A stretch of DNA of 64,000 bases from an uncultured Desulfospira sp. (GTDB lineage Bacteria > Desulfobacterota > Desulfobacteria > Desulfobacterales > Desulfobacteraceae): positions 1,376,001 through 1,440,000 of the forward strand of contig OY760175.1 of assembly GCA_963663165.1 (NCBI GenBank). Direction: 5' to 3'. The translations under genes were made by a program, and so were the position numbers. Below, one piece after another: positions 40,677 through 49,885 of the stretch (positions are counted from its first letter, which is position 1; each line of letters starts with the position of its first letter). The notes under the pieces were generated by a model, which saw only the letters and a program-made list of their open reading frames with translations, searched no databases and was not told where the DNA came from.

Positions 40677-42055
40677 GGGATGTGGTAAAATTAAAACCCA
40701 CAATTCATTCCTCATAGCATGGAATATCAACAGCCCATTTTTCAATCCCTGGAATCCGAATAATTTTGTTTTCTATATTATTCACGACGGACTTGACCAA
40801 ACGTACCCCTGTCGGGTAAACACCTTTGATTAATTTGACGACAGGATTTTCTCCTTTCCATGTCATTGTTCGACATAGACCGAGAACCTTTTCAATTTTG
40901 TTCAGCAATTCGCCTTTCCAATGATTTTCCAAAACACCCCAAACTCGCTCTATTGGGTTGTATTTACTGTGGTACGGGGGATAGTACACCAAACTAATAT
41001 TTACAAATGCTGATTTGGCAAAGTCCACGAGGCGACTAATGAATTGGCTCCTTCGGCTACTATTTTCCGGCCCATTATCAAGATTGATCACCAGTGTATG
41101 TGGGGCGAATCTTGCGTTCAAAGAAGGCCAGAGTGATTCCAGCGCATCAATCATGAAATCAGAGGTGATGTTGCTTTCAGTGAAGTACATATAATTTTCA
41201 TCCAGAGCAGGTATGTTGATACCGAAAAGTTTCAAAAGGGAATCGGGTTTAAAATCATGGTCCGCCGCTTTAAGATTGCAACGACTATATCCGCCTCGGG
41301 AATAAGGCCCTATTTTAATAGTGGCTTTTGCGTCCATTGAGATACGTAAAACGCCATCTGTTTCATCGGCTAGTTGGTTTGTCCTATGCACATATTCAAA
41401 AATGATGTCTGTTTCAGGAATTTTTTTTTACCTTGGCTTTGGCGACCTTCTTCAGTTTAAAACCCAATTTATTCATTATGGTGGATAGAGTCCGTACTGT
41501 TGGCATATTCTCAGGGTCATATCCCATGTCGTCAACTAATCGACGGAATACTTCATTCGCAGATATTGGGGAATATAAATTCTGGGTACGGAATGTAGGA
41601 TCAGTCTGACATATAGGGTTTACAATACGAGTTATGTCCTCTTTTAAATTCGGAAAATGTTCTAAACACGATTTCCGGCCTCGTCCGGAAAAATTATCAA
41701 CACAGGTAACTCCGCTTTCTATTTCCCGTCGCCCTTTGATTATTGTTTTCCGATCCCAACCCAGTTCTCTTTCAGCCTTTAGTTGTCCGCCGTGCCCCAT
41801 AAGGGAGACAACGCGTGCCATGAATTGGCGCCGTTCATGGCCTTTTAATTTGCTTCGAGTGGTATTCAGAAAATCCTTTAGTGGTGGCGTTAATTCCGAT
41901 ATAGTTTTGGGTAAATTGTGCTTAGAATGATCAAACATGGTCCTCCTGTATTTTTATGTAATCTTCCATGTTGACCATAAACTATCGATTCCATGTTGTC
42001 TATAGAAATCAGAATTCAGACTATGGAATTGTGGATATTAATTTTTCTGAGGCCC
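40677..42055 (-). mobile_element. ISAzo13-family insertion sequence, copy 3 (nested)
   Basis: Same ends; TCA target duplication; one Ala-to-Val change and a 1-bp shorter T run upstream of the RBS. Confidence 0.92.
40705..41938 (-). CDS. ISAzo13-family transposase, two frames joined at an A9 run
   Basis: As copy 1. Confidence 0.88.
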
Positions 42056-43794
42056 TCAGATCATGTCGTCAACATGGCATATAATATTCTTGCCGGTGGC
42101 ACCTGCCTTCAGGATATTGAGCTGCTCAGAAACAATGAAGCCTGGTTGAATGCTCTGGATGCAGAAATTATCCCCGATCCCACTACAGCCGGAGACTTTT
42201 TGCGCCGGTTTTCCAAGGAAGATATCATAACTCTGCAGGACGTCAAAAATACCATCCGGAAAAAGGTATGGGAAAAGCAGCCGCAAAACTTCAAGAAAGA
42301 AGCCATCATCAATATCGACGGCACTATCAGTGAAACAACCGGCGAGTGCAAACAGGGTATGGACATCTCTTATAATGGTAAGTGGGGATATGCCCCTCTG
42401 ATAGTCTCTCTGGAAAAAACAAGGGAGCCTCTTTATATAATCAATCGATCCGGCAATGCTCCGTCCCACCTCAACTCTGCGGGTTGGGTGGATAAGTCCC
42501 TTGATCTGCTGGAAGGCACTTTTAAAAAATTATACGTTCGGGGTGATACTGATTTCAGCCTTACTTCCAATTTTGACAAATGGGATCAACGCTGTACCTT
42601 TGTCTTTGGCATGGATGCCAGATCAAACCTGATAAAACTGGCCGGTGGCCTTTCAGATTCCGAATGGGAGATATTTGAAAAACAGCCGCAAGCAATCAAA
42701 ACAATCCCCAGAAAACGTCCTGAAAATATCAAACTTCAAGTGGTCAAAAAACGCAATTTCAAACGTCTTGAGACCGCCTGTGAACATATAGCCGAATTTG
42801 AATATAAACCTGGTAAATGTCGGCAACCCTACCGGATGATCGTGCTGCGCAAAACAATAAATGAGTATAAAGGCGAACGTCTATTGTTTGACGATATCCG
42901 TTACTTTTTTTACATCACAAACGATTGGAAAAAATCAGCCAGGCACCTGGTGGATTTTTACCGGAAACGGGCGGATCACGAAAATGACATTGATCAGTTG
43001 AAACATGGCGTGCATGCAATGGCTAATCCTTCTGATTCCCTAAATGCCAACTGGGCCTATATGGTTGTTGCATCTTTGGCATGGGATCTGAAAGCCTGGT
43101 ATGGAATGATGATGCCGTATCGAGCTTTAGGTCTTTCCATCGTCCGTATGGAATTCAAACGCTTTATCCAGACATTTATAAATATCCCTTGCTTGATCAT
43201 ACGTTCCGGCAGGGCCATTAAATATCGAATCATTGGTTATAACAACAGGCTCACAAGCGTGTTCAAGTTTTTTAACTCTTTGAAGACTGCCTGGGTTACA
43301 TGATGCCTTTGCTCCGGACAGTTATTGCAAACGGGCTGCAATGGCGAGTCTAAAACCTGTAGATTTCAAAAGGGAATTTAAGCAATGAACCACAACACAA
43401 TCGGCAGTATTCCAAAAAACATCAGGACTCGTGCGTCTGTTTGATGGAAATTGGAGACACAAAATAATAGCTCGGGGCGCCGATTGCTTATGAGAAATTC
43501 ATTTTTTATAACACGCTTGTTTTGGGATTAATACATCTTTTTAAGTAATACCTGGATATACTATATTCCCTCTCAAAACTAAAAAAAGACACTGCCCCAG
43601 AAATAAAAAAGAATATCGGAACAAAAACGTGCAGAAACTCTGAGTAAGGCCGATAGTGAGAATGGTCACAAAAAATCATGGAAAAATTGAAGATAATTTG
43701 CAAGATATGTCAGGTTTGAGGCAGAAGTTCCCCTGTTTATCTCGCAAATAATCGTGAAACTCCTGCCTCCCCACCCAATAACAGGGCAGGAGAT

Positions 43795-44382
43795 ATGCTA
43801 TCAGAAGTTCTGAAAAACGAAAGTTTTTTTTGGGATCTATACAAAATAGATCTGGCAACAGCCGAACGTTATAGACAGATGAAGTGCCCCCACTGCCAGG
43901 GACCGTTGTATTATGCCAATTATCCGCGCAAACCCAGGGGGGAGCCTGAAGGGTTGTCTGAAGAATGTTTTTTACAATTCAGTTTATGTTGCGGAAGGGA
44001 AGGCTGTCGACGTCGTTTGATCCCGCCAACCTGCCGTTTCCTTGGTAAAAACATTTACTGGTATGCGGCCATTCTGACGATTGTGTCCGACTGGCAGAAC
44101 CAATCTGTAGGTATCACGATGTCCAGGTTTGCTGAAACAATCGGTATCTCCCGCAACACCCTTAGCCGCTGGGTCAGCTTATTCAAAGAAATATTTCCAA
44201 CAAGCTCTCAATGGAAGAAAATCCGGGGCCGAGTACCTGCAAGCGTAAAAAATGATCGTCTTCCAGCAAGTTTGGTCAACTTCTATCTGCATCAACAGGC
44301 GTCCATCAAAAAAACGTTGATCTCCTGTTTGTCATTCTTGTCTCAAGGCAGTGAAATATCACAAAAAATAAGGGCCGGGTAA
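43795..44382 (+). CDS. Transposon accessory protein with Zn ribbon and HTH (DUF6431-like)
   Basis: CPHC...CCGREGC; IGISRNTLSRW HTH-like segment; AGGAG RBS. Confidence 0.7.
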   Translation: MLSEVLKNESFFWDLYKIDLATAERYRQMKCPHCQGPLYYANYPRKPRGEPEGLSEECFLQFSLCCGREGCRRRLIPPTCRFLGKNIYWYAAILTIVSDWQNQSVGITMSRFAETIGISRNTLSRWVSLFKEIFPTSSQWKKIRGRVPASVKNDRLPASLVNFYLHQQASIKKTLISCLSFLSQGSEISQKIRAG

Positions 44383-44497
44383 TCTCACGCAGAAGATGGG
44401 CGTGGCCTTGGGCGCTCAACTGTTCTATCAAAGGGGCCGGGATTTTTATCAGCATTTCGCTGAAAATTTTAACTCAAAATTGAAAGGACCCCGGCCT

Positions 44498-45943
44498 ATG
44501 AACAGTAAAAACCAAAGTCCGGTTGATAACTGGGCTTTGTTTCGCTTCTCAGTCGTTGGCGGTTTGCTGGCAAATCCGCCGGCCAAAGGTGAGCTGCGCA
44601 AGGAACTGGAAAAGCTTTCCTATCAGATTTACACCCATCCCATCACGAACGAATCAACGGTATTTCATTTTTCAACTATTGAAAGCTGGTATTACAAGGC
44701 AAAAAATGCCCAGGACCCCATTATTGCTTTAGGGCGGAAAGTTCGTTCTGACTATGGCGGTTCAATTGTATTCACACCTGAACTGATCCGGATGCTGGGC
44801 AGACAATACCGGACTTATCCGAACTGGAGCTACAAACTGCACGCAGATAATTTCGCAGCAGAACTCCAGGAAAAGGAGGCTTCAGTATCGGTACCATCCT
44901 ATGCCAGTGTCCGGCGGCGGATGATCGAAAGGGGGTGGACCAGGAAGCCCTCAGCAAAGAAAAAACAGACAGCGGGTATGAAAATTGCCGCAAAGCGGTT
45001 CGAAAGCCATGAAATCCGAGGATACGAAGCAGAATATGTTCACAGCCTGTGGCATCTGGATTTTCATGAAGGCAGTCTGCGGGTGGTGGATAACAACGGT
45101 AACTGGTATACGCCCAAAGCCTTATGTATTCTTGACGACCATTCCCGCCTGTGCTGCCACATCCAATGGTATTCAGGAGAAACCACCCAGGATTTGATTC
45201 ATGGATTGACCCAGGCATTTTTCAAAAGGGGGCTTCCCAGGGCACTGATGACGGACAACGGATCTGCCATGACCTCCCATGAGTTTTGCAACGGTCTTAA
45301 AAAAACAGGGATACTTCATGAAACGACACTGCCCTACAGCCCTTATCAAAACGGTAAGCAGGAAGCCTTTTGGGGAACCCTTGAAGGCAGATTGATGGCC
45401 ATGCTGACCCGGGTGGACCCTCTGACACTGGAATATCTCAATCACAGCAGTCAGGCCTGGGTCGAGATGGAATATAACAAAACCAGGCATAGTGACATCG
45501 GCACATCTCCTGTTCAACGCATGCTTGAAGGCAAAGATGTTTCCCGGCCGGCACCGGATGAAGAGCAACTGAGGTTCGCCTTTACAGTCTGCGAATCCAG
45601 AAATCAGCGAAAATCTGACGGTACCGTGTCCATCAACGGGGTAAGATTTGAGATCCCTTCCCGGTTTCACCATATCCCTCGGTTACATGTCTGCTTTGCC
45701 AATTGGGATAAATCCATGGCCTGGCTCATGGACCAGAGAACCGGCAAACAGATTGCGCAGATCTACCCCCAGGACAAAATCAAAAATGCTTCAGGAAAAC
45801 GAAAGATCAAGTCGAGACCTGAGCATACCATTCTACCGGATGAAACATTGAAAGAATCCGAGCCTGCATTATTAAGAAAACTGATGGCCGAGTATGCCCA
45901 AAGCGGCATGCCTCCAGCCTATCTTCCCAAAGGAGAATCATGA
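44498..45943 (+). CDS. DDE transposase/integrase (rve core, Mu-like C-terminal domain)
   Basis: LWHLDF, ILDDHSR, LMTDNGS, PYSPYQNGKQE, DGTVSINGVRFE. Start is probably ATG44498. Confidence 0.9.
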   Translation: MNSKNQSPVDNWALFRFSVVGGLLANPPAKGELRKELEKLSYQIYTHPITNESTVFHFSTIESWYYKAKNAQDPIIALGRKVRSDYGGSIVFTPELIRMLGRQYRTYPNWSYKLHADNFAAELQEKEASVSVPSYASVRRRMIERGWTRKPSAKKKQTAGMKIAAKRFESHEIRGYEAEYVHSLWHLDFHEGSLRVVDNNGNWYTPKALCILDDHSRLCCHIQWYSGETTQDLIHGLTQAFFKRGLPRALMTDNGSAMTSHEFCNGLKKTGILHETTLPYSPYQNGKQEAFWGTLEGRLMAMLTRVDPLTLEYLNHSSQAWVEMEYNKTRHSDIGTSPVQRMLEGKDVSRPAPDEEQLRFAFTVCESRNQRKSDGTVSINGVRFEIPSRFHHIPRLHVCFANWDKSMAWLMDQRTGKQIAQIYPQDKIKNASGKRKIKSRPEHTILPDETLKESEPALLRKLMAEYAQSGMPPAYLPKGES

Positions 45944-46767
45944 ACAACAAACAGCTTCTGGCTTATTACGGCCTTAAATGGAACCCTTTTTTTCCTAATA
46001 TCCCCGTGGAAGCCTTATGGCATCCGCCATTGATGAACAGTTTTATTTTTCGTCTTGAGAATATGACCCTGAACGGGGGCTTTGCTTTGATCAGCGGGGA
46101 CCCCGGCCTTGGCAAATCCAAGGCGTTGCAGATGATTGCCCAAAAGTTCGGTAAACTTGACGAGGTAGTTGTCGGGGTAATGGAACGTCCCCAAAGCAGT
46201 GTCGGAGACTTTTACCGGGAAATGGGAGTTTTGTTTGGTGTCAATTTGAGCCCTGCCAACCGGTACGGCGGGTTCAAGGATCTTCGGGAGCGCTGGAAAA
46301 GTCATGTAAAAACCACCTTGTTCCGGCCCATCCTGCTCATAGATGAGGCCCAGGAGATGCTGACCGGATGCTTAAATGAACTGCGTTTGTTGAACAGCGC
46401 GGACTTTGACTCCCAAAACCTGTTGACCACCGTGATTTGCGGCGATGACCGGCTCCCGGAACGGTTCAGATCAAGATCCCTGGTATCGCTGGGAAGCCGG
46501 ATGCAGTTCCGGCTGACGCTGCTTCCCTATGTCCGGGATGACCTGCTGGATTACATGGATCACAGCCTGAACCAGGCCGGCGCCCCGCACTTAATGACGA
46601 AAACTCTGATCAGGACCCTTGCAGACCATTGCGCCGGCAACCTGCGGGTTCTTAACAATATGGCCGCAGACCTGCTGACTGCGGGGATTGAAAAAGAACT
46701 CAATCAATTGGACGAAAAGCTTTTTATGGAAGTCTATTCCAGACAGCCGCCCAATAAAAAATCATAG
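45940..46767 (+). CDS. ExeA-like AAA ATPase (transposition helper)
   Basis: YGLKWNPF, GDPGLGKS, LIDEAQ, GNLR; ATGA overlap with the transposase. Confidence 0.88.
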   Translation: MNNKQLLAYYGLKWNPFFPNIPVEALWHPPLMNSFIFRLENMTLNGGFALISGDPGLGKSKALQMIAQKFGKLDEVVVGVMERPQSSVGDFYREMGVLFGVNLSPANRYGGFKDLRERWKSHVKTTLFRPILLIDEAQEMLTGCLNELRLLNSADFDSQNLLTTVICGDDRLPERFRSRSLVSLGSRMQFRLTLLPYVRDDLLDYMDHSLNQAGAPHLMTKTLIRTLADHCAGNLRVLNNMAADLLTAGIEKELNQLDEKLFMEVYSRQPPNKKS

Positions 46768-46776
46768 GAGAACAAT

Positions 46777-46959
46777 ATGGGTATTTATGATGATCCGGAC
46801 ATGAAACTGGAAGAAATCACACAGGAATTGGAACATTTTATCCTGGATATGGTCCTTGCCGGACTTGAAAGCTTGAATATGGAATATCGGGCCTTCAGGC
46901 GATTCCAGAAACAAAGGCTCACGGAAAAGAACCGTCATAAAGAACACGAGCCGTTTTGA
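46777..46959 (+). CDS. Small hypothetical protein inside the transposon
   Basis: 60 aa with an AGGAG RBS, placed operonically after the ATPase. Confidence 0.6.
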   Translation: MGIYDDPDMKLEEITQELEHFILDMVLAGLESLNMEYRAFRRFQKQRLTEKNRHKEHEPF

Positions 46960-46996
46960 ACGTACGCCCGGACTCCAAAGGTCCGGGCCTGCCTCA

Positions 46997-47785
46997 ATGG
47001 AAAAAATACTTTGGAAAATCGGCAATTATTTTAAGCACCGCTTCAGCCTGGCAGTTCTTGATGAAATTAAGGGCCGGTGGCCCGTTCTCCCCTCTTGTAA
47101 AAACATCCCTTATCTTAAAGCTGAAAATGCCGGAGGAAGGCACATCCTGATCAGACCTGATCCTGTTATTCAGCCTTATTATTTTCTTGCCGACGATTTA
47201 AACATTGACCTGCTTATCCGGCATCATCAATCCATATCAAACCGCTTTAAACCAGGCAGGATGGTTATAGAAACATCTCCCGGCAATTATCAAATTTGGA
47301 TTCACAGTGACCGTCCGTTAAGCCTTCCCGAAAAAAAGTATTGGTTGGAAAACATGCACAGTGATCCCGGCGCCGACCCGAAAAACAGGTGGGGCAGATG
47401 CCCCGGGTTCAGGAACAGAAAAGCAAAACACAGAACGCCTTCAGGACAATACCCTTTGGCAAAGCTATTATGGGTGGACTGGAAATGCCAGGCTATTGTC
47501 CCTGAAATAGAATTATCCTCCCAACCTCAAGAAGTCTTTTCCCATCAACCCCGGGGGGGAGTGTGCCATAACGGTAATATTTCCCGCTCCCTCTATGATA
47601 AGGGTGACGAATCTGCCACTGATTTTGCATATGCTCTGGCCCTCTATAGAAGAGGTTTCTCACGAATGGAAATTTACAATCGCATTATCAATGAAAGGCA
47701 GGATTGGATTAATCATGCGGGTGAACGAAAAAAAACACAGTATCTGATCAGGACATTACAGAAAGCTGAAAAAATTATCAGTTAA
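46997..47785 (+). CDS. RepB'-family DNA primase (IncQ/RSF1010 type, AEP superfamily)
   Basis: YLKAENAGGRHILIRP, LADDL, VIETSPGNYQIW, DPGA...GRCPGFRNRK; C-terminal helical domain DESATDF...YLIRTL. Confidence 0.85.
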   Translation: MEKILWKIGNYFKHRFSLAVLDEIKGRWPVLPSCKNIPYLKAENAGGRHILIRPDPVIQPYYFLADDLNIDLLIRHHQSISNRFKPGRMVIETSPGNYQIWIHSDRPLSLPEKKYWLENMHSDPGADPKNRWGRCPGFRNRKAKHRTPSGQYPLAKLLWVDWKCQAIVPEIELSSQPQEVFSHQPRGGVCHNGNISRSLYDKGDESATDFAYALALYRRGFSRMEIYNRIINERQDWINHAGERKKTQYLIRTLQKAEKIIS

Positions 47786-47949
47786 AATCGGGCTCTCTTG
47801 GCCTCCGGGAAAGCCCTTATTTACCATGAAACGTTGTCCATGAATTATCGTGATTGCTCTCACGATAGAACCAAAACCCCCCTACATGTCCGAAAACAAT
47901 TGCAAAAATTGCAATCGTCCTCACATAAGATAGGAAATCGCTGTCTGTC

Positions 47950-49860
47950 TTAGAAAGAGTAGCTGCCATCGCCATCGAAAAAAATTCTATGAAACAACTC
48001 CAAGGTGATCAATGAAATAATAGTGGCAGAAGACCCTGAAGCATAATCTGTTTTTTGATCTAAAAAATTGTTCACCAGTTGTTCTAAAAATTGCTTATCA
48101 AAATAGCCCCGGCTTGTTGTCCGAGAATCCAGTAGTAACTCTTTAACATATTTTGGATTTCTTTGGATTAGCCATTGATCAATCGGCATATCAAATCCTT
48201 TTTTTTTCTTTCTCAACGTTTGTTCAGGAAGAATATTGCCCATGATTTTCTTAAGAATGTATTTACCCTCTCTGCCCTTTATTTTCATTGAAACAGGTAA
48301 GGAAGCCACAAATTCTACCAACTCTCTATCATGAAAGGGGCTTATTGCAACCAACCCGTGAGCCATTGTCATTCGATCCACCTTCACCATCAGGTCATCA
48401 GGTGCATATGAATGGGTATCAAAATAAAGCATTCTATCAATCATCTCGAAACCGGACACTTCCCCGTATAACGACTCCGCATAGGAGAGCGGGTTGTTTT
48501 TTTTGTTTATTTCCATCATATCTGATGAATAAAGGCAGGGTTTCATAAGCTCGGGAACAGGCATATTGCAAATAATTCGCTGCATCTCAATGGGAAATGT
48601 TTCTCTGTACAATTTTCTTTTTATTTTATCATTCAAAGAAGATGTGCCGGAAGATATGGGAAGCCTTTTAATAATTCTATTTACAAATTTGTTCCGAAAA
48701 AGAAAGTTTAAACGAGAATCATTCTCCCTATGGTCCAAGGCTTTCATATAATGGCCTGATCCCCCTAAAATCTGATCCGGCAAATCTCCTGTCAAGACAA
48801 CATCAACTTCACTTTTGGCTAATTTTGAAGCAAAATATGAAGGTATGGCAGAGGTGTCGCTAAAAGGTCCATCATGGAACCAGACCAATTTTTCAACGAG
48901 ATCTGAAAAATCACTTCCGAACTCAATGATTGTTGAGTAGTGTAATAGCCCTAAATGATCTGCGACTATTTTTGCATCATCAATTTCGTTATATTCTTTT
49001 TCCCTGAATCCACCTGAAAACACTTTAAAAGGTGAGGGGCGAATCTTGCTCATTGCAGCCACAACACTGCTTGAATCCATCCCGCCACTAAGAAATGCTC
49101 CTGCATCCGGATATTTGTCTAAGCATCTTGAAACCGCTTTCAGGAATATGTCGTAAAATTGAGCACAATAGAATTCTTCACTTTGTTCTTCAGCCTCGTG
49201 ATGGTATTCAAACTGCCAGTATCGTTTTTCTTCAACACTTGATTCTTTAAAAACCACCATATGCCCGGGGCGTACCTGGAAAACGGATTGAAGCATGGTG
49301 TTAGGACTTGGAACATACCAATAAGATAAAAAATCATCTATTGCGCCAAGGTTAACCCTTTTTTCAATAAGCCCGGTTCCAATTATCGCCTTTATCTCAG
49401 AAGCGAATAGAATGGTACCGTCATTCTTTTTTGTATAAAATATTGGTTTCGCGCCCATTCGGTCACGTATCAGAATCAACTCTCTTCTTTTACCGTCCCA
49501 AATAGATATACTGTAAGATCCGTCGATCTTATCAACACAATCCTTCCCATAATTTTTATACAGTTGCAAGACAAGTTGGGCATCTCCCAAACTTTCGCAT
49601 AGAGCCGATTTATCACCAGTCTGACAAAGAATATCTCCATCCATGGCCACCATGATATCTTCTTTTGTATCTATGGCATGGACTTTAGAATCCCTTCCCC
49701 CATAAGTGTGGTATCGTACCCCTGCTGAAAACGGCATAGAAGAGTCGTTCACCCATGCGTATTTCCCCCGATGACAGATAGCACCAAGCATTGTTGTGAT
49801 TAACCCGTGTTTTTCATTTTGATCAATTTTGCGACTATGGATTCCTGCAATTCCACCCAT
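47950..49860 (-). CDS. asnB: Asparagine synthetase B-like amide synthetase with a degenerate glutaminase domain
   Basis: RDRMGAKP, FASEIKA, LSGGMDSS, KVDRMTMAHGL, KKKGF; N-terminus MGGIAG lacks the Cys. Confidence 0.85.
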   Translation of the reverse strand: MGGIAGIHSRKIDQNEKHGLITTMLGAICHRGKYAWVNDSSMPFSAGVRYHTYGGRDSKVHAIDTKEDIMVAMDGDILCQTGDKSALCESLGDAQLVLQLYKNYGKDCVDKIDGSYSISIWDGKRRELILIRDRMGAKPIFYTKKNDGTILFASEIKAIIGTGLIEKRVNLGAIDDFLSYWYVPSPNTMLQSVFQVRPGHMVVFKESSVEEKRYWQFEYHHEAEEQSEEFYCAQFYDIFLKAVSRCLDKYPDAGAFLSGGMDSSSVVAAMSKIRPSPFKVFSGGFREKEYNEIDDAKIVADHLGLLHYSTIIEFGSDFSDLVEKLVWFHDGPFSDTSAIPSYFASKLAKSEVDVVLTGDLPDQILGGSGHYMKALDHRENDSRLNFLFRNKFVNRIIKRLPISSGTSSLNDKIKRKLYRETFPIEMQRIICNMPVPELMKPCLYSSDMMEINKKNNPLSYAESLYGEVSGFEMIDRMLYFDTHSYAPDDLMVKVDRMTMAHGLVAISPFHDRELVEFVASLPVSMKIKGREGKYILKKIMGNILPEQTLRKKKKGFDMPIDQWLIQRNPKYVKELLLDSRTTSRGYFDKQFLEQLVNNFLDQKTDYASGSSATIISLITLELFHRIFFDGDGSYSF

Positions 49861-49885
49861 AAGTTCCCCCTGAAACGGTAATTGC

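Larger units (their letters stand above)
40419..43303 (+). pseudogene. IS1380-family transposase, split by an IS insertion
   Basis: ...LLKRHLPYHES | DHVVNMAYN...PDPTTAGDFLRRF, NIDGT, RGDTDF, ENDIDQLK; joins in frame across the TCA duplication. Confidence 0.88.
40302..43526 (+). mobile_element. IS1380-family insertion sequence, interrupted by ISAzo13 copy 3
   Basis: 15-bp IR CCCAAAACAAGCGTG at both ends, flanked by ATTAAT. About 1.84 kb once the nested IS is removed. Confidence 0.88.
43657..47862 (+). mobile_element. 4.2-kb transposon: Zn-ribbon/HTH protein, DDE transposase, ExeA-like ATPase, small ORF, RepB'-like primase
   Basis: Ends TGAGAATGGTCACAAAAAATCATGGA and (reverse complement) TGAGAGCAATCACGATAATTCATGGA; CGATAG duplicated at 43651-43656 and 47863-47868. 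Confidence 0.9.
38060..47969 (-). pseudogene. Acyltransferase family 3 (OafA-like) gene disrupted by four mobile elements
   Basis: Fragments 47969-47863, 43650-43527, 40295-40052 and 38667-38060 join in frame. Motifs: VRTIAIFAIVFGH, VPIFFFISG, KRCINLMVPY, QVWFL, SIFLLH. Confidence 0.9.

Noticed and set aside
47950..49860. Lasso peptide cyclase
   Set aside because: No B1/B2 protein or precursor nearby, and the context is a polysaccharide operon.
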